From Gracilinanus agilis (Eukaryota): a stretch of 64,000 nucleotides of DNA. The first letter of the stretch is position 1. Every line of letters begins with the position of its first letter. The translations under genes were made by a program, and so were the position numbers. The notes beneath the pieces are model-generated. The model was given only the letters and a program-made list of their open reading frames with translations, ran no database searches and was not told the origin of the DNA. The stretch spans positions 106,927,860-106,991,859 of the forward strand of contig NC_058135.1 in NCBI RefSeq assembly GCF_016433145.1, read 5' to 3'. Below, one piece after another: positions 50,651-64,000 of this stretch.

Positions 50651-51696
50651 ATAAAATTGACAAAAGGAACTTAATAGAGGTAAATATGTTTGAAGTTCTT
50701 AAATGGGCTAAATTATAACTGGGGAGAAGAGACTATTTTTCCTTCAGAATTTCATCATTTCTAATCGACAATTTGGAAAAAGAAAAGTTTGAATGTTCAC
50801 AAATAGACAAATAAATAAACATTAAACCAAAAAAATGCTAAAGGAAGATGGACAAATTTAGTATATGTGTGTATGTGTGTATTCATAAGTACATGTATGT
50901 ATGTGTGTATTTATATACATATATAAATATATAAACTATGCATGTATGCACATGCGTGTTTTTTGTAATTAGGTTGCTATACAAGAAAATTATTCAACAT
51001 AGAATTGGGAGTTGGAAAGATCTCATGAATATCATCCTTATGTTGACTTGGCAATGGCAGTTTAAAAAAGTCAGAATAGGAGAAGTACATGAAGTAAACA
51101 TGAAACTGGACAAGGACAGGTTGAAGGAGGTGGGGATTTGAGAGAAAGTAGGTGATTATATCAAGCAAAATAAGTGCAGTTTTACAGAATGCCAATTACA
51201 AAATTAAAAGGAAAGAAAGACAATGGACGATTTGAGGGGGGGTTGGGAGAAGGTAGAAAGGGGAAAAGACTTTGATCAGGTTAATATTTATACCAATATT
51301 AACTTATTTCTTTATCACTTTGAAGCACATTACATTCATTATTTCATTTGATCCTCATGACAACATGTTATAGGTACTGTCCATATTTAATATCTAAGGA
51401 AATTGAAGTTCAGAGAAGTCAAGTATAACAATAGGAGGTAAAGGAGAAAGATAAAATTCACAGCTAGCTTTTGCTGACTCCAAATTCAATACTCTGTCTA
51501 TTAAATTCCCTGGTCTGAAGATGATCCTAGTCCGGTGGAGGCACCCATCCTGGGAGCATGAATATTTATTGCTTTTTTCCCCAGTTCTAGCAGTTTTATT
51601 AAGATTCTCTTTCATACTCTTTGTAGATGTATTAATTAATAAAGCACATTGTCAATGGGGTAATAAAAGGGAGGAACTTATTAAGTGGATTGGTGA

Positions 51697-51848
51697 NNNN
51701 NNNNNNNNNNNNNNNNNNNNNNNNNNNNNNNNNNNNNNNNNNNNNNNNNNNNNNNNNNNNNNNNNNNNNNNNNNNNNNNNNNNNNNNNNNNNNNNNNNNN
51801 NNNNNNNNNNNNNNNNNNNNNNNNNNNNNNNNNNNNNNNNNNNNNNNN
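51697..51848. other. Assembly gap (152 N)
   Basis: Run of N. Confidence 1.
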
Positions 51849-54789
51849 TCTTATCTATAAGGATACCAAAGTGGCTATTCACAAAGGAGGAAGGTAACAG
51901 AAAATGGGCAGGTAGTTCTCTGAAAGACAGAGAAAGCTTTGCAGTTACCATTCTGTGGAGTTCTCAATGATATAGGTTGGTTTATATACCATATAAGAAT
52001 AGGTTTGAATGGAGGAGGGTGGCAAAGCAACAAAGGAACATGTATTAGAAATTGTCTGCTCTGTGCCAGGCTCTGTGCTAAATGTTTTATAAATACTATC
52101 TTTTTTTTTTTTTCATTCTCACAACCTTTTGGTGCTAGTATTCTCCACAATTCAGGAATCTGAGGCAAACAGAAATAAGGGACTTATCTAGGATCTAACT
52201 GTTAACACATATCGAAGTCCAGAATCTTAGCCCAGCTCTTGGTGCACTATGGTGCCATTTAGCTGATTCCAAGAGCTGTCAGGTGTTTAGTTTTGAATAG
52301 GGATAGACTATGCCCACAACTTCTCCAAGGAGCTACAAGAAAGGACTAAGTCTGATGTAAATGTAAATTCCCATTTCCTGTTGCCTTTTTCCTTTGTGAG
52401 TAGGCACACTGATATCATTCTAAACAAAGAGAGAGACAGAAAGAGAAACTCACTATCTTACTTAAGTTCTTCCTCTTTATTGATAGTGTCCTTTATTAGT
52501 TAATAAAAAATAAAATATTAATAAAATTGTGAATTTGTGATTGATTTTTGAAAATTTTAAATATTTTTTTATTGTTGCTTTGGTTCCTACTGGGTATCCT
52601 TTTTATCTAGAACAGTTGTGTTTCATTCATTGTGCCTTAATTTTAGAACAAAACCATGCATTCTTCCTTCTTATGTTGCATAATTCTGTTCTTAAGCCTT
52701 ATATTTCCCATATCATCATAAGAAAAAGTAGTATATCGTGGTGGCAAAATCGTGGCCTTGCCAGTCTGAAAGCCTGGGTTCAAATCTTCCCTTTATTCCT
52801 TTTTAACTAAGAACCTTGGGCAAACCACTCAGCCTCTATAGGTACCAAATTTATTTATTTGTAAAATGAAGGTGTTGATGTTGATGACCTCTATGGTATC
52901 TGAGTTCTACTCCTAGGATTATCCTTCTAATTTAATGCTAAAGCTGTGCCGTCTTGCTTATTACTTTGCATGGTTGTGAGCTTAAGTATTGATATCTCTT
53001 TCATTTCTATGTACACTGTGGTAATGATATAAGCTAAAATAAACAAAATGGATATTAAGTCTTTAGAGCATTGACACAAGGTTTTAGAATTGAATTCTCA
53101 TGAAGGACTTTTGATATTAAGAGTGATTCCTGGCACTAAGGGCAAAGTCATCAAGGGCATCCTTTGTGGCATTGTGAATGATTGGGGTTGGGGGAGGAAG
53201 GATATGAAAGCATTATTAAATATCAATTACTGGAGGACAAAAGATCCCTGACTATGGCCTGAATGTTATTATCCAAATCACCATAAAGATTCTAAAATTT
53301 CTATAAAGATAAAAGTTGAGAACAATAGTAGAAATCTAGAGAGCAGATGCCCCTTCTTCCCCAACCAAAAAAAAAAGACAAGTTCAACTGAAGATTTTCT
53401 TTCAAAAGGATAAATTGCCAGAAGACCTAGTGAGACACGTATATAGCAAAAAGTTAGCTTTTGGAGATGAAGAAAAACCAAATGTAAGCCACTGACAGGA
53501 TTCTACTCTGCCACCTTATACTCCCCCTGAGTCAGAGTATTCTATAAATGTTCCTAATGCAGACAGAAAACATATCAGTATTTTTTAATGAATAAAAAAT
53601 AGAAACACTAAGCATTCATTTTGCATGTGGATCAACCTTTATGGAAACTTGCAGCCAAGAAGCAGAGAAACCAGAAAAACCAGAAAGCATTCTGTTAGTC
53701 AACAAGAAAGAAGTGTTTTAGGTACTTTATGTTCCAGGTATAGAAATAAAGACAATCCTTGCACTTAGGGAGCTTACATTCTAATGTTGAAGGAAAGACA
53801 ATACATAAAAGTGAGCTGGAAGGGAAGGAGAGAAGAAAGTAATTGGAAAAGAGAGGCATGGAAGACAAAAACCTGGTTAACTGTATTGAGTACTGTCTGG
53901 AGAGGAATGAAGACATGGCAGACTTACTCCTCTTCCTTACAAGTGAGGTTCTGGGAGAAAAAAGTAATTCACAAGGAGAGGCTATAGGGATAGAGGGTAC
54001 TCCTAATGTCCAGAGTTGGAGTGAGCTTCCAGAGTGAAGAGATTTCTTTGGCATAGTTAACAAAAGTTCTTTGGAAATGAGTCTAGAATGAATTCTAGAT
54101 TGGAAAGGAATGCAGATGCTGTCATTTGATCCCAATAATAATCTGGGTGAGAGTGAGATGATGGATAGACACAGCCAAAAGGCCACCTAATTAAACTTGA
54201 AAGATTCCAAACAGTGGGTTAGATATGGCACACTATTTAACTTAACCAAATTATTTGGGGAAAAAAAACTTATTGTTCTATAAAAGACAAAAATTGCTGT
54301 TCCAAATAGCTTTCTATATATGGACAACAGGAGCAAATCAAGAGAACACCAAAGAATTATTCTTCCCAGAAAGACCAAAGACTTCATTATATTATAATCT
54401 CCTTGAGGACAGGGATTATTTTTTTGCCTTATTTTGAAACCCTAGGGTTTGCCACAGTGCCTGGCACATAATAGGTACTTAAGAAATGTTTATTAATTGG
54501 TTGACCAGATTTCACAGTAGTTTGGTGAAAGGAGGAAATCAGCTGGGCATAGCCCCAGAGGCAGGAACCTTTTCTATTACACCTGGGAACCAAATGGTCA
54601 CAAATATTCTTTGTTCACTCCAAAGTTCAATGTGCAATTAGTATACCAAAACCTGAATGAGACTGAACCAACTTTGGGAACAAGGATAGGGAAAGGAAGG
54701 GAGTGGTCCTTAGATTCAGTAGAGAAAAAACAAACAATAAAACCTTAAGGTGTGCTCCATCAGACAGAATAATTTTCATTTAAAATCAT

Positions 54790-57700
54790 AGGACTTCATT
54801 GCCAGGTATCCATGAAGACTAAAGATATAGAATATCCTGTGCATCTCAAGCGGTAATTGCTTTCAAATCATGCTGTGGAAGACCCTTTCCAAAGATACCT
54901 TACAGCAGAGCTCAGGCCAGGATAGGTCAAATGATGATTATTCATAGTTGGACTAAAAATGTGAGTTTAAAGTTTTTGAAAAAAGGCATAGATATCAATA
55001 AAACCATTGCCAGATGATTGTGCTATATCCACACCTAAGAAGTATCCTTGGTGTTTCAGTATTGATTGGACTCAGTCTGTTCAGAGTATTTGCAAAAACA
55101 TGTAGGCAGCAAATAGAGGGGTTCAGTATTTGGATGACCTGACAATTTATGCCTCCTAAGTGGGTTCTTATGGGAAGATCAAACCTAGAGAACATCAGAG
55201 ATCCATCGTCACTTCTACCTCAACAATGGATGAAAATATGTTAAACTTAGGTGAATATTTCTCTAGGACCTGAAGAATGGATCCTTTGAGGAAGATGTTC
55301 ATCCTAGGAATCTGTGTTCTGACTGCATTTGAAAACATATTTCAGGAAAATTATCTTTCTAAAAAGAAAACCTCAGGAACATATGAAGAACCAATTGGTC
55401 ATCAGCATCCCTCTCAGATTGTCAATCTCAATAGATTGTCCATACTGATGGTACAGAAGAAAAGTAGGAAGATTTTGATGTTCTTAAACCATGTCAACTA
55501 GTAGGTAGTGCCACAAAGATAGCATGCACTGTTTGCTACTCAGGCAATGGTTACCATTCCTAGACTTACTTAGTTGGATACTATCCAGTCTTTATGACAG
55601 ATGAAGACAAAGAGAAGACAACTTTCATATCCCCAGATATATTTTACCAGTTTGAACACATATCCCAAAGCATCCTTTGGAGCACCTTCTACTTTTTATG
55701 GCTTAAGGAGAAAGTTGTTAGGAACCTTCCAGGGTACTTAGAGGTATATCTGGGTGACATCATATTTCAGAAATTGTTGGAAGAACATAAGAAAAGACAG
55801 ATGGAAATCATAGATCTCTAAATTCTGTGGAGTTTCTTCCAAGAATGTGAGTCATGTTGTATCTCATAAGAGGGTGAGTATGAATCCTGGTAAGATATAA
55901 GTATTTAGTAACTCATCAAATTTAAGTAATTTTTTAACTGAAGACTTTTCAAAGATTTGGTGACAGCATAAAAAAGTTTATGAATAATTGAGAGGCAATT
56001 TTGTGGAATGGATAGGGAATCGGCCTTAGAAATAGGAAGCCCAGGATTCCAGTCCTGCTTTTTTACATACATTCATTTTAGACTCTTCAACTATGATACC
56101 AGTAAAAACTCTCAACACTCTAAGTAAGTCTCTAACATTTTAAGTTTCACAGAATGTGCAGTCCCGTATTGGTAGGATTGGCAACATCTGAGAGTTCTCT
56201 ATGCCAATGAAATCACAGTTCCAGTCCCTATCTCTCTCATTACTAGGTCAAATAATAATCCAGTCCAATCTCTTTGACATCATTTGGATATTACTGAAAT
56301 GAGAAGTGTGAACATTTAAGGACCTGTCAGCATACTTATATGAACTCGGGAGAGCCCATTTTGCTTCCTGCTAGCCAAGAAGATTTATAAGAAATATTGT
56401 ACTAAGATAGTAATAGTCACCAGAAACATATTGAGTCTGATAGTAAAAAACTTATTTACAGCAAACCTTGTTATCCCATAACACAAATTGGATTTCTTGA
56501 CTTTGAAGCTGGCCATTTCGGACTATCTGTATGAAACTCAATTTCAAATATAAGCCACAACAATTCACTGACATATTATTAACCAGAGCTAAATTGAACA
56601 CTGCCCATTAAACATGGGCAGCAGAACTATCCAACTGTGATTTTAGAGTGACAAGGGAAAACTAATGGTTATGCATATACCCTGTCTTTTTAATTATGTA
56701 AGTTGAGTTATGATAATACTCATAGATGTATGAAGATAATAAATGGAATGCCAAGACCTAGACATTTGTCACAGAAAAGAGAATATGAGAATCTGGGATA
56801 TCCTCTAGAGAGTAGACCATTATCATGACAGTTGTTGCATTAAACCAAATCTTTTTTGCCTCAGTTGCCTTCGGGTGTCTATAGAGAAGTGATATAAGCC
56901 AAGAAATAGAGAGAGTGACTTTCTAGACTTCAAGCTTTGATCCTCAGAGAAGGATGATTTAATAATTTAATTTCATGTTTAATATTAAGTAATAATATAA
57001 TGTATAACATACATACAATAAATATTAAAATTAAGATTTAAGATTTAATCATTTAAAAGAATGGATGAGGATCAAAAGCTTCATAAGTATCAATACAGTG
57101 CAACTTCCTATTAACTGTTGGGACAAAGGTAGAAGTCAGAGATGTGCAATGGAATGCTCTAGTGGACAGTTACTTATCCGCATGTGGTACTAAGAAACAG
57201 TTGGTGCTACTTGAGGCATTTTCTTTATGGCCACGAAAGGATTACACAATGACATTGGACATCTGGTTCAAGAGAGGACACATAAACCAGTAAAAAACAC
57301 ATTTTACTGGCCCAAAATGAGAGCAGATGTCAAAAAGTGTGAAAACTATGCCTAATGAGTTCAGAGGAAAGTGCTACCAATTCATCTGAATATTCAGAGG
57401 CTATAAATACTAGCAAAGTCTTTGAATTTCAGTGTATAGAATTTTTTGTTTTTTTTTTTTTTGTTTTTTTTGGTAAAAAAACAAAACCAAATGAAAACAA
57501 GCATATGAAGCAACTTCTCATTGGTGACAAATCATTTAATCTGGTACTCGCAAACATACACATCAAAGAAACAGAAAGTTTCTTCATTTGCTAAGGTGTG
57601 GTGGGAAAAAGAAAATGTCTCCGTGTATGGCTCTCTAGTCAGGATATACTTTGACTACGATAGAGGCTTTGAGAGGAAACTATTCAAGGAAGTGTTGACT

Positions 57701-57900
57701 TTGGCAGAGATCAAGGAAATAAGAACCACATCTTAACCACTTTCAAGGATAGCCACAACCTATGGGCGGAACAGAAGACTTATTATATTCCTCATTCCCA
57801 GACATCTCCATCTCATGTCTCCGGCAGAATGGCCATCATCCCTTTATTTCTTCCACTGCAACCTTGGATTCTGCTCCTGGGACACTGGGTTGTGATACAT
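54790..57900 (+). mobile_element. Ancient Gypsy/Ty3 LTR-retrotransposon pol relic (PR-RT-RNaseH-IN)
   Basis: RT: MTDEDKEKTTFISP...YQF...LEVYLGDII (55594-55821). RNase H: HKLDFLTLKLAISDYLY...RAKLNTAH.TWAAELS (~56480-56640). Integrase Zn-finger: GLHNDIGHL.QERT...FYWPKMRADVKKC (~57238-57350). Integrase core: VTNHLIWYSQTY...AKVWWEK...YG..VRIYFD..RGFE (57521-57736). Confidence 0.88.
56950..57110 (+). repeat. ~160 bp AT-rich duplication, copy 1 (copy 2 at 58356-58520)
   Basis: GATGATTTAATAATTTAATTTCA.GTTTAATATTAAG...GAATGGATGAGGATCAAAAGCTTCATAAGTATCAATAC is near-identical in both copies. Confidence 0.93.
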
Positions 57901-60900
57901 AAGCATTGAGCTTATCTTACAGAGAATCAGGACTCCATGCCACTTTCCAACCAGCTCCACATCATGTTGCTGACTCTATACCGTGCTCCACTTCTAATTC
58001 CCTTTTTTAAAAAAAATTTATTAATATTTATTTTTTAGAAAAGTTAACATAGTTACATAAGTTCTTGAGGGGAGGGACTGTCTTATTTGTTTCTATTTGT
58101 ATCTCCAGCTCTACTTAGTAGCACAGTACCTGATCATAGTACTTAATAATCTCAGTCTGTCTGTCTCTGTTTCGGATTCTCCAAGTGAAAAGACATGATG
58201 GAGTTGGGAGATAGAATCTGGGTGACTGTGAAGGTAGTAGTGTAATCCTAATGTTAAGGGAATTCAATAAGTAAGTAAATAAGTATATGGGAAAAGGGTA
58301 GGGTAAAAGAGGCAATATTAATAACCAATATTATTATCCCCAAATTACAGGTGAGGAAGATGATTTAATAATTTAATTTCAAGTTTAATATTAAGTAATA
58401 ATATAATATATAACATACAAACAATAAATATTAAAATATTAAAATTAAGATTTAAGATTTAATTATTTAAAAGAATGGATGAGGATCAAAAGCTTCATAA
58501 GTATCAATACAATGCAACTTTCTGTTGCCTATTAAGAAAATACCAGGGTTCCCAATAAGTATGAAGGCCAATTGGCAGTTAGCTAGGCATACTGAGGAAA
58601 AAAAACAGTTGCAGAGAAACTAGAGAAGTTCCATAATACCTCAGAAGGCAATGATACAGATGAGAGGAAAGCTGAGTTTGAGGATGGGAAATCTAGCTCA
58701 GTACCAAGGGTGTTTCTGTTCAGATAAGAGGAAAAGACTAAATCCAGAGTTGGCTTCTTTTCAACCTAATGGTTTGAAAGACACCAAAGGAACAGATTTC
58801 TCCCAGAATGTCTAGAGACAGTGAGAGTCTAGGCCTTCCACAAACTAAGAAAGTCATAGTAAAAGTAGCGAGACCTATTAGGCAAGTGGCCAAACTTACT
58901 CTGAGAGCTTTTGGAGGAATTAAAAAGTTGTTTATAATTTAGACATATGATGGTTCTGTTCAGACTAAAATTATGTTTTTATGTAATAAATGCTATTATG
59001 TTGTGAATATGACTTGTATCTTTTCTGTTTTCTTTATTGTTATGTGCTTTGCTATATATGACAAAATGTCATGAGATATACATTCTATGTCTATATGCTA
59101 TTTTTCTACCCATTATTTATTTTTCACTGTATGTAACTCTTGTGTAAGGCTATGCATTTTGTAATGCATGAAATCTGTGTCCTTAGAATTTGTACATATG
59201 TGTTTTCATGTATATTATAAATCATTTGATATAGGCATTTTTCACATGAATACTATAAGTTCGGTACCTACCAGTGTATTGCCCTAGGAAGTTTGTATGA
59301 TTATCTTAGATTTTGTTATTTGTCCATTTATGTTTCTTCTCATGTACATCTGCTGACTGTTTTTTTTAAAGCATTTGATTCAAAAGAACAAAGTCTTGCC
59401 ACAAAAGGCCACCTCCAACAAAGTGTCTCATGAATATTTCAAAATTATGCAAGATTCCTTGAAAAATATAACAAGAGAAGGTTTAAAGACACTCTGATCA
59501 TTAATATCCAGTGAAGCATAAAACAGGGAGATGAGCTGGGCAGAGGTATTTTCAACTTTGCTGGAGGAGAATCAGGGGAAGAATAAATGGAGAGAGGACA
59601 CTGTGGGTGGTGAGATCCTCCATGTTTACAGAAGTCATTGTGCCATTTGTATCATCAGAAATCAATGCAGAACTTTCCAAAAGAGATGCATAGTACTCAA
59701 AAGGTTTTTTTTTAAACAGAGGAAAAACCAAGAGAGTAAATTCCTGTCTTAAGCTACAAAAGATATGACATGCAGTGGAATTATCTGTCCTATATCTCTC
59801 TCTATAAAACTGACACTTCATTATGTGGTACAGTGCTTTGGAGCTCATCAGTCAGTGTGCATGTATAAACTGCCTCGCTTAGGGAAGAGATAATTCACTT
59901 CAAAAGCAGGAAGACATACATTTAAGCTTTGTCTCTGACACATACAGAGTGTTTGTCCCTGGACAAGTCACTTATGTTCCAGGTAACTGTTTAAGACTAT
60001 CAGTTGCAGATAAAGTAGAGTTTCTGCCCTTTAGGGAGTTCCCAATACCAATTAAATCAGTGCCAATTTCTAGCCAGTTAGCCAGCTCCCTACACATATG
60101 TGTGTGCAGATTTTAATGTAATGCAGTTGTAAGCTTTAGTAGCTTAAAAATCACCAAAATCACTTCATCATTATTTTTCCCTTGTATTAATTTGTCTTTA
60201 ATAAGTTTCAATGGCTTAAAGCTGCACTAAGACTTTTGGGACAAAAATGGATGGATTAGTTCTATTCTGTCCTCAATTTTAATTCTTCAGAGGCTGTAGT
60301 GTTCCATGACTCACCATTATACAATAACCCTGAAAAAATGTTGGCATTAAAAAGATGAACTTTTGTTTCAGGGAGAAGGTTGGGGGTCATTGAAAGAATT
60401 TTTATAATTTACCGAAAGCAATCCAGCCCGCTTTCATCTATGTATTCAATTCTGGACTCTATTCATTGTCCATTTGGAGTGTCTGTCCTATATCTCTCTA
60501 TAGAAAACAAACACTTCAATACATGTCGAGGTGCTTCAGATGTCCCCATTTGCCAGTTACATTGTTCCGATTGCATCAAACCTCTGGAACCAGACTGAAG
60601 TGTCTCCTAAACGAAATCCATAGTGACTCAAAAAGAGTTTTCTACACAGGAAAAAAAGCAAGTGAGTGAAAACGTGATATGCAAAGTCTATAAGACGGTC
60701 CAGCTCAGAAGAACAGGACCAAGGCTTGGTGCTCTTCTTCTAGATCCCTTATCAGCCCTTCTTCATCTGTCCCTGAAGAGCAGGACACTACCAAGGTCCA
60801 GCCCATCGAGGCTTAGGATGACAATTCATCTCCCATCCACTACTACTCTTTGGGTGAATGTGGTGTTAGTGCCTCCATGTGAGGGCTTCATGGATCCTTT

Positions 60901-62119
60901 TCAGGGCTGCTTAACCATCTCTGGTGCCCACCTTCCATCCATCTGTGGCATCCAGAAGCTGTGGCATGGACAGCAATCACACCCTCACAGGCTAAACCAG
61001 TCTGAGGGTAACGAAGAAACCTCACCCCTGTCATTCACCATATCCTGAGCCATCACCACTCGTCCTGACTTTTGGCTTGTCATTAGACTTCAATGAATCT
61101 TGGGGAAAAAAAAGAATGGATGACAACTTTGTGTAACTCTGCCTCCTTTTGATCCACCTCACACAGGAGTCAAGATACCAATGAGTGATGCCATTGGTCC
61201 TCTTTGAAAACAAAAGACCACTACCAACAAAAACTACTCCCATATCTAGCAAACTACATTTTCCTCTCTGTTCTTATTTTACATAATCGTTGGATATCTA
61301 GGAATAAACTATCCTGAATTCCCATCTCTTGTTTTCTAAACCATTCCTGCGCAGTTGGTTGAGATTAGGTTTTAGACTGAGGCCCGTATGTTCACAGAAG
61401 GTATAGTTAATTAATGTTAATAGTGAGAGGAAATTTGGTTTTATTAAAAGTATTTTTGTAATTATAATTGTTAATATTTTCCCCTTTGAAATATTTTTAT
61501 TTTATTTTATGCATTTAAAAGCATTATTTTGTGATGGGTTATCAGACTGCCAAAGGAGTGCATAACATAAGAAAGATTAAGAACCCTAGTTAATCTATAA
61601 TTCCAGAGCAGCAGTGTCCCAAAGGCCCCTCCAAAGTTGATTTGATTAAATACTCCAGGTTTGGGTGGCTGAGGGTTGGAGAAGAGTGTGAAGTTTTCAT
61701 TAGGGTCAGTTGTATCATAAGTCCTGCTAGTAAAGGTCAGATGGTGGCAGGGTTGTTAGTAAAATTCATTCCAAATTATTTTAGTGTTATTCCTGGTCAG
61801 TGAGTGGCTTGATGCTGGAATTCTGGATTGGTTAAGAGAGCAATTTAGGGTCTGACTGACTCTAGAATAGCACCACCCCAGGGACATTTCCAAAGCTGAG
61901 TTAACTTTCCCAAGTATGAGAAAACAGGTTGTATTGATAGTTTTGAGGTCTCTGTTGGATGTGAGGTTTGGATAGTGGTTGGACAGAGGATAAGAGGCCC
62001 ACACTGGCTATGTCTTAAAATTTGTCAAAGACTGGAGACCTGGTGAGTGGGTGGATGGCTGCTAGGAGGTAGTGAGACTTGGCTTATTGGAGAGGCTTCT
62101 AGTTTTTTTCCCCTTACAA

Positions 62120-64000
62120 CTAATGCTTACTGATGATTTTAGGTAGATGCTTATCATTTTAAAGAAAAAAAAATATAAAGGCTTTCAAATGTTTTAACTA
62201 GGAATGCATATTATATTTTGTCAAAAGCTTTTTCTGCATCTATTGATATGATCATGTGATATTTTTAATTTTGTTACTGATAGAATTGATTATGCTAATT
62301 ATTTTCTTCATATTAAATCATCCCTGCATTCAGGGTATAAGTCCCACTTGATCACAATGTATAATACTGATAGTATATTGCTGAGATCTCCTGGCCAGTG
62401 TTTTATTTTGGATTTTTAGATGCATATTCATTAGTGAAATTGGTCTATAATTTTAGGTATCAGCACCATATTTGTTCCATAAAAACAAGTTTGATAGGAT
62501 TCCTTTGTTTATTATTCAAAATAATTTATTTTTTTATTGTAATTATTTATTCTTTAAATGTTTGGTAGATGTCATAGAAGGAAATGATAGTCAATGCAGA
62601 GTGAAGCAGTACCATTCTTCACATTATTTCTTCCATGAATTTTTATGTAGTGCAAGGGATATGTGTTTTTTTTTACAATATGATTAACATGGAAATACAT
62701 ATTGTATGGTAACACATGTACAACCTAGATTATATTAGTTGCCTTCTTGGGGAGTGGGAAGGAGTTTGAAGGTAGGAGTGGGTAGGAGGAAGGGAGAGAA
62801 CGTGGCTTTCAAAATGTCAGAAATTGAATGTTAAAAATTCTATCAACATGTAATCTGGAAAAATTATTAATAATAAAATAAATGTTTGGTATAATTCACT
62901 AATGAAGCCATCTGTTACTGATTCTTTTTTTTTCCTTCTTAGGAAGCAGATTTATGACCTGTTTAACTTCTTTTTCTAAAACAGGTTTATTTAGATATTC
63001 TATTTCCTCTTCTGTTAATCTTGGCAGTTTGTATTTCTGTAAATATTCTTCCATTTTATCTAAGTAATTAAATTTATTGGCATTTAATTGGGTAAAATAA
63101 CTACCAATAACTTTTGGTTTAATCTTTATTACTGATATATTCACCCTTTCCATTTTTGATTCCAGTGATTTTTTTCTTATCTCTTTTTAAAAACCATATT
63201 AACTCATCATTTACTGTTTTTATCATAAAACTAATGCCTAGTATTAATTCAATACTTTTTTCTTATATCAATTTTATCACTTTTGCCTGAAATTTTTAGG
63301 ATTTTTAATTTATTGTTTAATTGGAGATTTTTAATTTGTTATTTTTCTAGGTTTTTTCATTTCATACTCAATTAATTGACCTTTTATTCCTCTATTTTAT
63401 TGATATAAATATTTAGGGATATAAATTTTCCTCAGATTACTAATTTTGCTTCATCTCATAGGCTTTGGTATATTGTGTCATTATTATCATTCTCTTTAAT
63501 AAAATTACTTATTGTTTCCATGATTTATTTTTTAGCCCACTCATTCTGTAAGATTAGGTTATTTAGTCTCCAATTAATTTTTAGTCTGTGTTTCTAGGTT
63601 CCTTATTAAATATGATTTTTGTTGTATTATGATCTGAAAAGGATTCATTTAATATTTCTGCTTTTATGTATCTTACTGTAAAGTTTTTATGGCCAAATGA
63701 GTGGTCAATTTTTTGTAAAGATACTATGTACTACTACTGAGAAAAAGGTATATTCCTTTCTACTTTCATTCAATTTTCTCCAGATATCTATATTATCTAG
63801 GTTATCTAAGATTCTAGTCATCTCCTTGACTTCTTTCTTATTAAATTTTTGGTTAGATTTATCTAATTCTGAGAGGAGAAAATTGAAGCCCCTCACTCTT
63901 ATAGCTTTGCTATATATTTCTACTTATAATTCATTTAGCATTTCCTTTAAAAATCTGAATGCTATTGTGCTTGGTGTATATAGGTTTAGTATTGATATTG
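62120..64000 (-). mobile_element. L1 ORF2 relic (endonuclease, linker, RT start)
   Basis: DIWRKLNESRKEYTFFS (EN); [37 protein letters not shown] (linker); minus strand of CAAAAGCTTTTTCTGCATCTATTGATATGATCATGTG gives HMIISIDAEKAF (RT). Confidence 0.92.

Noticed and set aside
51521-51970. 149 aa ORF
   Set aside because: It spans the N gap and is an artefact.
1-64000. Exons of expected Rsx neighbours PHF6, HPRT1 or CCDC160
   Set aside because: No matching peptide was seen in any frame, so synteny cannot be confirmed from this window.

Overview
Mammalian, AT-rich DNA with no confidently identifiable protein-coding gene. SINE1_Mdo-like, Mar1 and MIR SINEs point to a marsupial, most likely a didelphid opossum. 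The left half looks like a giant minus-strand repeat lncRNA. In transcript order it has a CpG-containing promoter/5' region at ~33.2-33.4 kb, about 55 copies of a GC-rich hairpin motif (GAGGC-TGGG-GTCTC) at 32.7-30.2 kb, a ~9.7 kb U-rich tandem array at 24.4-14.8 kb, and a decayed long-period repeat at 10.9-0.1 kb. This layout matches what is known for the marsupial X-inactivation RNA Rsx, but the assignment is an inference: no flanking PHF6/HPRT1 exons are in the window. The strongest sequence-level observation is that the 9.7 kb array is an in-situ amplification of a ~45-50 bp piece of the reverse-transcriptase region of an ancient, near-full-length L3/CR1 LINE, which continues collinearly on both sides of the array. 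The right half holds candidate orphan exons (35.7-38.7 kb +, 43.1-43.3 kb -), L2/L3/L1/MIR relics, an ancient Gypsy pol (PR-RT-RH-IN), simple repeats and an assembly gap.
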